A DNA stretch of 64,000 nt from Takakia lepidozioides. Its lineage: Eukaryota > Plantae > Bryophyta. A program made the position numbers and the translations under genes. Every line of letters begins with the position of its first letter. Within the stretch, counting starts at the first letter, position 1. The stretch covers positions 59,086,001-59,150,000 of the forward strand of contig CM060731.1 of the NCBI GenBank assembly GCA_030704615.1. The letters are read 5' to 3'. Below the pieces are notes generated by a model, which was not told where the DNA came from, made no database searches, and saw only the letters and a list, made by a program, of their open reading frames with translations. Below, one piece after another: positions 39,314 to 51,242 of this stretch.

Positions 39314-39716
39314 AATGGCGCAACATCAATGCATTTATAGTTTATATTTGTCAAGTTATTTCTCTTAGAAAGAAACTTGAGTACGTCGGCAGACAAAACC
39401 ACATAGGTACAAACTCCAGACCCCACTATACACGCGGTCACCATGACATAATCTCTTTTATATAAGGAGAGAGCTAGCTAAGAGATTAATTCTGTAGTAT
39501 TAATGATCTCTTTGAAAGTTCTAGTCTTTTCACGTGAAAATCCAAGTTATGCAGCTCGAAAGTAAGAGATCGTCTTCCCGGGCTTCCAGTTTTCTATCAC
39601 ATTCCTTTGTTGAATGGCTGCAGCTTGCCACCTTGCACTCTATTTCACATGTAATTATATATAGATCTTGAAACGGTTGTGATCATACCAAATTGTGTGG
39701 CTGGGAGACACTTAAA

Positions 39717-41086
39717 ATGGATTTGGTCTCTAGTATGCTTGGTCTTCAATTATTTCCAAAGATTTTGCTCGCAATAGTAGCTACGGTTGTTCTTGATCAG
39801 ATCTCTAAGCTGTTTCGTGATCGAAATGTGAATAAGATACCAGTACCGTTTCTAAGCTGGCCTATACTAGGAGACCTCCCTTTTCTGGGTAACGCCCCCC
39901 ATGTGGCACTCTCCAAATTAGCTTATAAATATGGAGATATGATGCGAGTGAAATTTGGATTGAGGTCCGTACTCATGATTTCTTCCCCTGCGATGGCACA
40001 AGCGGTTCTCAAAACCCACGACTAGATCTTTGCATCCCGACTTGAGCTAGCTGGTGGAGATATTATGTTCTATAAAAGAAAAGACATGGGTTGGGCTCCT
40101 TATGGAGAACAATGGCGACTTTTACGTGCATGCTGCAGATCTTCACTACCAAGAGAATCCAATCATTCAAGAACATCCGGGATGAGGAGGTATCTTCTTT
40201 GGTGCAGGGTATTTTCGAGGAATCCCAAGTTAGAACTTGAAATTTGATCATTGTTGTAGGATTGAACACTAATTTATATCACAACAAACTCTTGTTTGAT
40301 CAGTTTCTATGGTCTCTGCTATGAAGTATACAACTAGATACAGTACTTGCGTATATATCCGTTAGTAATGTTGTAAATCTAGATAATCTACCTTATTGTA
40401 TCTAAGCTTGAACTATATTTGAGCCATAGGAAGGCCACCTTATTGTTGTATGAAAAAGCTCTTGAGGTTGGATGATAGCTATCCACAAAAATAGAAATAG
40501 AGATAAGAGAGATTCGTGTGTTTGAGAGTTATTGGAGGGTCCACAATCAAGCTTGTCTTTATGTAGCTCAAAGTTCTACAGATTGGAGACTAAATTCTAT
40601 CACCGAGGAATATTTGCCTAGTGCATTCAAGGTAAATATATGTATTAGTTTTGAACTGACTTGGTCTAGGGATCCATGCAGAATATGAAATCTGTGGATA
40701 TGCAAAGAAGATTGAGCGATATGACAATGGATATCATCCCTCGCATAGTGCTTGGGAAAAAATGGTTTGGAGTAGAGACGACTACTAAGGAAGGTCAAGA
40801 GTTTAAGAGCCTAATTGTAGAACTTTTTAATCTCTCTGGTGCTTTCAACCTTGGTGACTACATACCTTTCCTAAAGCCTTTGGACCTACAAGGCTATGAA
40901 GCCCGCATGAAAAAAGTTGCTGCAAACATGGATCGTTTTTTGAGTATGATGATCCTGGATCATCGGAAAGAAGGAAGAAAGAATTCAAACGCCCAAAAAG
41001 ACCTTGTAGATGTATTGTTGTCTCTTGTTGGCGAGGAGGTTTCGGAATATAGGCTTGACGACTCTTCTATGAAAGGACTTATGCTT
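39717..41086 (+). pseudogene. Cytochrome P450 (CYP71-clan-like), 5' half only; in-frame stop at 40023 and frameshifts
   Basis: Membrane anchor, WPILGDLP, LAYKYGDMMRVKFG, ISSPAMAQAVLKTHD*, WAPYGEQWR, FNLGDYIPFL, DLVDVLL. No I-helix or heme exon appears before the transposon at about 41250. Confidence 0.85.
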
Positions 41087-41259
41087 GTAAGTACATTCAT
41101 CTCCTCCACATGTACTCAGGTCTTCTCTTTGAATGTAAGTTGTCCAAATGGTGGGTTCACGTGTTGCAATTTTCTCAAGATTATTTAAAGGTTGGCTATT
41201 ATCCATTCGGCCTCTTGATTGGAAATCTAGATAATCAAGAAAATGCACATGTAATTCCC

Positions 41260-43043
41260 AAGCACAAAACCATATTCTACCTTATGCTTCGATCTGGAGG
41301 CAGTCCGCATCAGCATTTCCTGTCTGTCCGGCCCCAAGCCCCACTGGTTCCCTTTCAAGAACTCGTTGTACCTGCATTGCTGCATAATTGACCTCACAAT
41401 GTCATCCGTTGTGGCAGTGAGGATGTCCACCAGATGCGCCGCAGAGGAGGCACGCCAGGAAGAATGTACTGATTCGGCCATGTTTGTTGGTGTCGGAGTC
41501 CAGACACATTTCTTGCACATGCACATGTTGAGGTTACAAGCAAGTTACAAATAATGACTAGCATAATATTCAACGGGATGCGAATTCGCATATAGTCGCC
41601 GAACTGGAGGAAACGATAATGCCACCATGCTAGCCAACTGACCATTGCTCCCTCGTCTGATTTCTTTACAGCACCTGACGTTGTCCACCAAGCCTGTATA
41701 CATGCAAACTGTGTCTCTGCATCATCCAAGGTGGGAGCACGCTTCCACACAAGACACATGGAACGGTGCTCCTCTCTGAAATCTGGCGCCACAAGCCAGG
41801 TTGTGTACTGCGACAAGCTCTGCAGATAATAGAACCGACAAGATCTCTCCTTGCCTTCCATCGGAACATTGGGGTCTTCCCCGTACACCCTTCGGATGGC
41901 AGCCCAATTTGCTTGTGCGTTGTCCGCCATGAAACCACGGAAATTGGGAGGGGGCAATCCCGCCCTGGCCATCTGTTCGTTTATTCCCTGCCAAAGAAGC
42001 ATCTCCGATTGTGTGTCCTCTCCTTTCATTTCACAAATAGCAATTGTCATTAGCATCCTGCAGTGGGTGTTGTAGACATGTGCAGCCATTGTCACCCACT
42101 GGTGATTTGTAATTTGCTTGATATGGTCGAACATGACCCAACTGTTTGACAAGTCCCCACTTGTCATCCGGTCGACCAATTCGACGCCGCTGCCAGGCCC
42201 ACACGTGGACATTTTGAATACGAAACAACGATCTGCCTCAGTCCCTTGTCCTGGAAACCTACTTCCATGAATGTAGTCATATCCACATCGTCGCTTCACC
42301 TCCAGAATGGAGTGCATATCCGAGCCACGCCCAATTTTCTGTTTGCAGGAGACAGCGTGGTTTCGGACATTTGGTGAACAGACATGCGATACTGACTCCA
42401 GCAATGCCTCCATTTCCTTCTCATCGCTCCCTCGTCCGCTGATGTCCATTGAGGACTTGCCTGATCTCTAGGATGATCTCGGAACTTCCATGACCTCGTC
42501 GGAGTCGGACAGGTTGTGAACAACCCGGTTCTTGCTCGTCTTCATTGATGGGTTCGGCTCTGGATTTAATTCGTTGCGGACTTCTCTCTTTGAGGTGCCC
42601 ACTCTCTGATTCGCGGATTGTTTCGTGGAAGGCGCCAGGATAGAATGCGCATTTGGCGGGCAAATGAAGTCCCCAACAGCCCTATATATGACGATGTCCG
42701 ATGGTGGAACTCGCCATTCCCTGCCATCGCTGAAATCATCTGGAGCACAACAATACTTTTGACTACAACTCCGTTTGAATCCTTCATTTCCTCCTCCAAA
42801 AATATCGACCCCGGTTTCAGGTGGTATCGAACGCAGAGATATTTCTCCATCAGAGGAGGGCGGTACACTATAGCGCTTGGGTTTTCTGCCATGGGAGATG
42901 TGCACACAAGAGTGCCAGGACGGCGTTCGGACAAGCGCCCTGGGAGAAGGGGGATGCAGCGAGGGGAAGGAATGCAGGGCCGATTTTTCCGAGCGACGAA
43001 GCCTATTCACGAATCCGGGGAGCCCACTCTCCCGAAAATCCAC
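41260..43043 (-). pseudogene. MULE-type transposase (GCM region deleted, frameshifted)
   Basis: WVMFDHIKQ, FMADNAQANW, ERSCRFYYLQ, WLAWWHYR and a downstream PTNMAESVHSSW (third catalytic E). The N-terminal EWRVP segment is shared with copy B. Confidence 0.82.
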
Positions 43044-43865
43044 TGTCAGAGAGTTAATGAACCTTGTCTGCGGAATGCGGCCCCTGGCCTTTGCGCAATA
43101 ACTGCCAACGGTATGCAGTCATAAGGTATATGACCTGTGCAGATGCGCTGCACAAACCAATTATTACGGCGTCTGACAAGAAGCGTGGGGGGGGCGAGCG
43201 TGCAAGCACCTTCCCCATGGACAGAGGGAACTGATAGAGGTGGCATTCCAGTGGGTCTGATTACAAGATTGAGTGCCAGACCCTCGCTGCCAAAAGTCAA
43301 CATACAACAAAATGCAACATTGCGCAAAAAGTGGAACTTTGGTTCAAAGGAGGCATTTTTATTAATAATAAACTGTGACAAGTATGCATGCCCTCACAAG
43401 CCGAGGGAAGCCAGAAGTATGCATGCCATCCATGCTCAAGTAAGTTGGGAATTTTTTCCCGTGTTGCACTATCCTCACCAAGAAGCTGGAACCTCGATTG
43501 GCCTCTCAATAAGCTCATGACTGACAGGGTGTCAGTAGGTGAAGACAATGGATGCAGCCCGTTCGCCTTTGGTGTAGGGGACAACGGTGTCATCTCCTCC
43601 GATATATGCACCATCGTAAATCGAGATCTTTGCTGTGGAGAGACTGTGTCCATAGGACTCATCCTTGTAGCTTATGAGAATGTCCCCATACACTGTTTGG
43701 GATGGAATCCTCTCTGGCATGTATGTACACCCGATGCAATCCTCGTAGGCCCACTGGCAGCACCTCCAATGATGTAGTAAGGCAGTGCGGCTTTTGGGGA
43801 TGTTCCATGCAGGCGGATACTGCAGATCAACGATTCACAGGCACCAAAGCCGCGCAAGCCCGTCC

Positions 43866-44880
43866 CCGGATGGAAAAACATCCCCCAGATGGAAAAATGG
43901 CGCCGAATTTCCATCCGAGGCCCGTTGGATGAAGTCGTCTCGGGGGGAGAGGCCGACACCTGGCCGACAGAAAACATCCCCCGGATGGAAAAACGGCGCC
44001 GAATTTCCATCCGAGGCCCGTTGGATGAAGTCGTCTCGGGGGGAGAGGCCGAAACCTGGCCGACAGAAAACATCCCCCGGATGGAAAAACGGCGCCGAAT
44101 TTCCATCCGAGGCCCGTTGGATGAAGTCGTCTCGGGGGGAGAGGCCGAAACCTGGCCGAAAGAAAACATCCCCCGGATGGAAAAACGGCGCCGAATTTCC
44201 ATCCGAGGCCCGTTGGATGAAGTCGTCTCGGGGGGAGAGGCCGAAACCTGGCCGAAAGAAAACATCCCCCGGATGGAAAAACGGCGCCGAATTTCCATCC
44301 GAGGCCCGTTGGATGAAGTCGTCTCGGGGGGAGAGGCCGAAACCTGGCCGAAAGAAAACATCCCCCGGATGGAAAAACGGCGCCGAATTTCCATCCGAGG
44401 CCCGTTGGATGAAGTCGACTCGGGGGGAGAGGCCGAAACCTGGCCGAAAGAAAACATCCCCCGGATGGAAAAACGGCGCCGAATTTCCATCCGAGGCCCG
44501 TTGGATGAAGTCGACTCGGGGGGAGAGGCCGACACCTGGCCGAAAGAGAACATCCCCCGGATGGAAAAACGGCGCCGAATTTCCATCCGAGGCCCGTTGG
44601 ATGAAGTCGTCTCGGGGGGAGAGGCCGACACCTGGTCGAAAGAGAACATCCCCCGGATGGAAAAACGGCGCCGAATTTCCATCCGAGGCCCGTTGGATGA
44701 AGTCGTCTCGGGGGGAGAGGCCGACACCTGGTCGACAGAAAACATCCCCCGGATGGAAAAACGGCGCCGAATTTCCATCCGAGGCCCGTTGGATGAAGTC
44801 GTCTCGGGGGGAGAGGCCGACACCTGGTCGACAGAAAACATCCCCCAGATGGAAAAACGGCACCGAATTTCCATCCACAG
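43866..44880. repeat. Near-perfect 96-bp tandem repeat (10 full units and 1 partial), each containing the imperfect palindrome GGATGGAAAAACGGCGCCGAATTTCCATCC
   Basis: The period is directly visible (ATG at 43889, 43985, ...). Further dispersed or inverted copies lie near 44982, 45035, 45118 and 48870. Confidence 0.97.
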
Positions 44881-46212
44881 ACGCCCGTATCAGCCCTTCT
44901 TCAACAATTTTTAGTCGTTGCATCTAGTTTTTCGCGTTTTTTTTACTAGTTACACACTAAACTTGGAATTTTTTGCCTGCAGGATGGAAATTCGGCGCTA
45001 GTCTCCCATCCGGCCGCGCTCCGAATTACCTGCAGGATGGACTTTTCCATCCGACGTCTCGTGGATGAGAACAGCTCGGGCGGAGGGAGGGCCACGTTGC
45101 GTCCTACTTCATCCGCTGGATGGAAATTCGACGCCGTTTTTTCCATCCAGCAGGCGACTGATGAAGTCTCGGGGGAGGGTGGGCCTGTCGGCGCCTGTGG
45201 CCGACCTCCATACCTACGACATTTAATGGTGCAGTTGCGCATTAAATGTTCTCCGCCGTCGGTTTTGAACCGGATGTTCCACAAGGATTCCACGCTTGCT
45301 TCCCGAATACGCCTTCGACACCTGATGTGACGCTTGGATGAAGTTCCATTCGAGGCATGTACGCACGCATACCTCGGGAGATTTTTTCTTTTGCTGGGAC
45401 TTATGCCGCGTGGAAAAGGGCGTGGCTTTCCTGAGAGAAACCCCACTCCCAGACCGCGGCGGAAGCTGAAGGCTTTGTACTACGGGCGGCGTCCAACCTC
45501 TCGTATGGCCAAACTGAAACTCCAGCAGGAGATCCCATTGTCTTGCTCACGACCCGCACCAACTAAAGCCGAGCACTCTCAAGCAAGCCCCTTCCTCTTT
45601 CGCTTTGTGTAACATGTGTGGTCTTCCTTGTTTTTTTTTTTTTTTTTTTGGCATCTTCAGCCTGGCAGCCCTGGAAGTGCATGGTTGCATCGCAAAAGCA
45701 CGAGTTGGTGAGATGAATGATCAAGGTCAGAGGGGTTAGAAAGGAGCCAGGTCGTTGCAAAAGCAGGAGTTGGGGAGAAGAATGATGAAGGTCAGAGGGG
45801 TTAGATCCAAGTCGTTGCTGCATTGAGATTTGCAACAAGGTGCACACCTTCGCTATAGATGACAGGTTGCATCCCAGAATTAAGGAAATCCATGCTGAGC
45901 TGTTACTGGTTGAGTGAAACTTAGATAGTTTGCAATGCGTGTGCACAGTCGGCAGCTCTAGAAAAGGCTGCTTCTGCATGTGATTCTTAGGGATTGCTTG
46001 GGTTTGTTTTCATTGTTGTTCCATGCCACTCCATACTTGGTTTTGTATTGTTTTCATTGTTGTTCCACGATTGTTGCGATGGTGGTTTTCATTGCAATGT
46101 TGGTTCTCACGATTGTTGGGGATGACAGAGTGACGACGAGCCCAACACACTGGTGGTATCACTGACAGCTCCAACTGCTTGAGCAGTCACTCCAAAAGCC
46201 GCTACTCATTGC

Positions 46213-48825
46213 ATGTTTGGATTGCCCAACTTGGGGTGGGAGGGCAAACTAAATCCTTTTGTTGGTGGACGGGAGGACCTACAGCGAGAGTACGACAGAA
46301 TAGGCATTCGAGAGGTTGGTGCAGGCGGCATGGCAGGTGAAGGGCGTCGGATGAGGACAGCAGATCCGGCAATGGAGGAAGTTGATGCACATGCAGTAGG
46401 GCTCGCCCACGCAAAGAAGAAGAAGAAAGCCAAGCACATGCAATCCCCGGCGAGAGAGCCGTCACGGGCTGCGGATGGGGGAGTGAGCAGGGCGCGCGAG
46501 GGTGTTAGTTCGCCTCAATCAAAGGTGGTCGTCCTGGAGGCCTCCCCTGTTGCTACCCCTAGTAAGAAACAGAAGGCCCGTGAGAGGGCAAAAGAGAGGG
46601 CAAAAGAATAGGCGAGACAAAAGGCTAGCCAGGAGGCAAGAGAATAGGCCACTGAAGAGGCCAGGGGTGTCGAAATGACAGATGCCCATGTAAGCGAGGG
46701 ACGCACAGAGACGGTGGATCCCTCCAAGACACCACAAACAGGCAGTAACACACCGGTTACACCATCGCGGGTGGGAGCAGCCCACCAAATTACCCATACG
46801 GTGGAGACTGGAGGAGGGGAAAGAACACCACAAAGAGCACGGATTGTGGAAGTTCAAGGTGAAGCCGGGGAGAGGGCAGTAGAGACAGGGAGAGTGCTCG
46901 AGGTGGTTCCGGCGGTGGTTGACCATGTTGAGGACGACGAGAGGGAGCTTTCTGACCAGGATGACATCCTCCCGGACATCCCCAGGCCCCAAACCCGGAG
47001 CATACAGGCTGGATTTGGCGGTCCGGGTGGGCTGCCGGAGAACCCCCCTGCAGGCGGATATGAAGTTGGCCGCTGCCAAGATGTTGGAGGCAACCCAGAA
47101 CAACATTGGCAGGGTCCTGGGGGGCATGGTGTACCCGGCCAAGCTTTGGATTCCCCTTTGCCGCTTGGTTTCATTGCAGGTGGTGAGACCTGCCCTCCCA
47201 GGCGACATTGACAAGCTCAAATTCTTTTTCCGGGAGGGATATCGAATGGGGTCTGCCGCGTTTTACGTTTCCATGGAGAACGACCACGGAGCTTCTCGTG
47301 CCCACACTTCCGATGAGGTGGACAAATGGGGTCCCCATTGGCAAAGGCGAAATGAGGAGTTCGAGAGATTGATTGCTACTGATCCTCTTGTTTTACGTGT
47401 GGGACGGCAATCATCGCCTCTTGGCATGGATGAAGTACATAGCCCAAGCCCACCCCAACGACCTGGATTGGCATTTCGTCGTGGAGTGTGTTGTGCTCAA
47501 GGTTGCGGGGCCCAAAGATCGCAGTCTTCTCAAAGCGGCAATGGCAGACATCAACTCGTAAGTTACAATGCCTCTTGTTTTGGAACTTTGAATTTGAAAC
47601 AGTCATTTCATTGCCAATCGTCATATTTGTTGCAAATTCTCATTTCTGTATTGTTTAATGGAAATGTGGCATTGCAGGGTGACTGAGAATGCCTTCATTG
47701 CCACCAATTTGTCCCATATGCTCTTCCGAGTGAAGGATGTCGGGAAGCAGGGGGTGCAAGAGTTTGCCAATTCGCTCAGTGCCGACCTGCTGCGTAGGTC
47801 GGAGGCAAAGGCAGACAGAACCTGGTATAGGCTGAGCATGGACGCCATGGTGGACTACATATTTCGGGTAAAGCTCTTGACTATTTTGTTCAGCTTATCT
47901 GTCTCTCCTCCCCCAATAGAAGAAAAAGTGTTGACCAGGATTTCTAATCTTATGTGCGCATTCTTGACAGACGAAAATTCAGCAGGATTTGGCACATACG
48001 CGGAGGTTCTACATGGAGTCAGAGGAGAAGAAACTAACCCTCCTGGCACTAGAATCGTATCTCAAAGCTGCGGAGGCGAAGGCCCGCATAAAGTACAAGT
48101 CGCGGATGGTAAAGTACGTGGCCATAGCTGATCCCGCCCTTGGTGCCGACTTTCTGGTGGAGGTGGGGAAGCACTACTCCCGCGCTCTGAAGCCCACGAT
48201 GTCATTGGAGAAGCTGCATCGTCTAGCCACATCGTGTGTGGATGCAACAGAAAAGGTTATACATTCTTAACCAAATTGTCGTAGCAGCAATTTGTTTTTG
48301 TGGTGTTTGGCGCTTACTAATATGCTGGGTGGTTGGACAGACCCGGTGGCTCCAAATCTGGAATGGTTCCCAAAGTACAAGGGACATGTGGAGCTTCCCC
48401 AAACCCGACAAACTGTCCGACCCCACATTCGACATGTGGATGAACCGCATGACATGGTGGTTTCAGGTACTTTCCCACGCTTCATTTGGGGCTTCTACTC
48501 TTGTATCGGATGGATTTATTGTATTTTTTGAGGAAAGCGGTCTGATGGAGAATGTTCACAGGTGACGACAAATGCACAAGAGCAGCTTGACACACAAGCA
48601 CATCAGTTCAAGCTGGAGATTTCTGGTGAAGTAGAGAACCTACGCAACTATGTGACGAGGTACTTTCTGCTCTACAAAACCGACCTATTCTTTCGAGAGA
48701 TACCCCATGCCCGCCGGAGCCACGAGTTCACCGACCAGCCGAACGCGGACAAAGCGGCAATGCGCCTTCTGTACAGGTACATACGCGATGCCTTTCTTTT
48801 TAGTCCCTACATTTCGAGGATTTAA
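46213..48825 (+). pseudogene. Spliced ParB/Srx-like gene (N-terminal half of the ParB-MTase gene); the MTase half is missing
   Basis: LWIPLCRLVSLQVVRPALPGDIDKL..GY..GSAAFYVS and FYVWDGNHRLLAW (DGNHR at 47403-47417), plus IADPALG and EKLHRL. It is collinear with copy B and shares intron positions. Stops and frameshifts are present. Confidence 0.78.
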
Positions 48826-49085
48826 GAGGCCTTATGTGGCGCATGAAAATTAGTTGTGAAGAAGTCCTTGGAAAAATGGCGCCGAATTTCCGGATTACTG
48901 AATTGCCGTGGGATTGCTCATGCCTTCCAGTCCTTGCTCCTCACGAAACAAGCGTCGTCTGGCTTCTATCCGTGTGGACTCTGCTTCATATATCCTGTCA
49001 CAATCCGAGGGTCAGCCAGGAGATTGACAAAGGTGGCGTGGGAGATATGAAAAGACGCCATATGCCAACTAATGATAAATGACTA

Positions 49086-51242
49086 AAACTTGGAAATCTG
49101 AATGTCAATGAAGTAGATTTCTTACCCCAACATGACTGACAGACGAGGATGGTTCTGAATGATGTACTCATGTACAATATCACGCGGGTCATTCAATTTT
49201 CGGGCTATCTCATTTGAAATGCATCCTACAGCTGCCCATTCACGGACTTTTCAATCACATAAACCTCCGTTGGATACGCCAGATTTCCCAGGGAAAAGGG
49301 AATTAGCGGGTATCCATCGAAGCCACCACCTTAACCGCGACAATGGGCATGTGGGGGGGCATTCCATAGTACATAAATTCCTCCTTGGAAAGCATTGAGC
49401 TCGTGGGAATAGTTCCAAAGCATTTGTAGAAAAAAAGGTGGATGCGTTGCCGAAGCAAGCGTAATTTATGGTGTCACTTGACGCCATAGGGCTACTGCCT
49501 TCCGGTGGGAAGGTAGACACAGTAATGACTTCCAACAAGTGGATTGAATCCACAACCACTCGTGAGAGGGTATGTGCCCTTTACCACTGGGCTACATGCT
49601 GGTTGTCAACATCTGCATCCCACACCCTTTGTACACTTCCATCAAATCCTGCCATATACTCTGTGCAAAAACCCAATGCTTCTTCAAATTGGTATCCTTC
49701 TGCCATGCTCCCCTCGGGCCTTGCCATGTTTCTTACGTAGCCCTTCATATCTTTCATTGCCCGCTCCATGGGGTACATCCAACGAGATGCTACGGGCCCG
49801 CATAAGTACAACTCATCCACTAGGTGAACAACCAGATGTGTCATCACATCAAAAAATGATGGTGGGAACTCCTTCTCTATAATACACATAGTGACAACTG
49901 CTTCAGTTCTCAATTCCTCATACTCTACAGGATTCACCACTTTTGCACACAACTTCTTAAATACACGACATACTCGCAAAATGGCCCTTTGAGGACCACT
50001 TGCCATGAGCCCACGGATAGCAAGCAGTATAATTTGCTGCATGAGCACATGATAGTCATGTGATTTCATGCCAGACAATTTCTTCTTCACCACATGCTTT
50101 TTGAAAGCTGATGCGTAGCCTGTTGGCACTTTCAAGTTCTGCACAATCTCCAAAAAGACTTGTAACTCAGCCTCAGTGAGGACATGAGGGGCAGGAGGCA
50201 TAATTAACGTATCTGCTCTGTCAGGATCACGTTGTAGCCACAATTCCGGGCGCATCCCAAGTAGCTCCAAATCACGGCGAACTTTCAATGTGTCTTTCTC
50301 ACCAAAAGATAGTTTTAATAATATTTTCAGCCAAGTTCTTCTCGCAATGCATTGCGTCAAACGTGTGGCGGATGAGGAGACCCTACAAAATGAACACATA
50401 AGCAATTGAGCATTTACTCATCACAATTTAAACAAAAAACGTGAAAATGTACACAGACAATTTAAAGGCCATGAAGGAATTACCTCCCAATAAGGTAAGA
50501 CATATAAAATTGACAATCGCTTAACTCCATGAGTTTTTGCTGGGTCTGTCCTGCTATCTGGCGTCCCTCCGTTTTCCACCCATGCAGTGCGAGCTGTTGC
50601 AAGCTCCTTGATTTGTGTTCCAGTCTGCGTTTTTGGAGGAGTTTCATGCTCAGTAGCGCCATTGAACATTCTTGACCTTCTATATGGATGATTGCGGGCC
50701 AAAAATCTTCGGTGGCCTAGGAAAACAATTTTTTCCACATGTGTGTAACTGCTGTGAAGTCACCCCGGGTCCACAAGCTGGACAACCAGCATAACCTTTC
50801 GTCACTTGACTTGAGAGCAAGCCATATGCAGGGTAGTCATGGATTGACCACATCAACACTGCCCTCAGTGTGAATTCGCGTTGACCACGAGGCCGGGAAA
50901 TACATGAGCTGCAATCCCTCTCCATAGTTCCAGTAGCTCTTCCACTAGGGGCATCGGGTAAACATCTACGTTGTCCGAGGTAACAGACTCCTTACCAGGA
51001 ATCAGTAGCGCTAACATGACAAGGAACCTTTTGGTCATCAACCACGGAGGCAAATCGTAATTGACCAAGAGAATGGGCCATGTGCTCCAACTTGTGGATT
51101 GAGCTCCGTAGGGATTTACACCGTCTAAGGCCAATCCAAATCGCAGAGATCGTGGCTCTGCAGCAAAAATCCTCAAATGTGGTGTCAATGTGTCTCCATG
51201 CTTTGCTATCAGCTGGATGGCGAACCAACCCATCCTGGCTCT
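49086..51242 (-). pseudogene. CACTA (En/Spm) transposase (Tnp2/DUF4218-like), interrupted by the LTR element and resuming at 63976
   Basis: DGLVRHPADSKAW, LALDGVNPY, STWPILLVNY, WSIHDYPAY, FLGHRRFL, MKSHDYHVLMQ, FPPSFFDVMTHLVVHL and RWMYPMER...VRNMARPEGSMAEGY; frameshifted. Confidence 0.92.

Larger units (their letters stand above)
41250..48960. mobile_element. Copy C: second subfamily of the MULE/ParB element, with a 96-bp palindrome array
   Basis: Same layout as copy B: minus-strand transposase, palindrome array, plus-strand ParB gene. Both ends are truncated. Confidence 0.78.

Noticed and set aside
39526-39540. TTTTCACGTGAAAA palindrome upstream of the P450
   Set aside because: An ordinary G-box in AT-rich flanks upstream of a pseudogene; single instance.
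43672-44927. Four overlapping 340-400 aa repetitive ORFs on both strands
   Set aside because: These follow from a GC-rich 96-bp unit (a multiple of 3) without stop codons. Nothing indicates which frame, if any, is translated.
45715-45820. Short imperfect direct repeat (aaggtcagaggggttaga...gtcgttgc, two copies)
   Set aside because: Only two copies; most simply a local duplication in the ParB gene leader.
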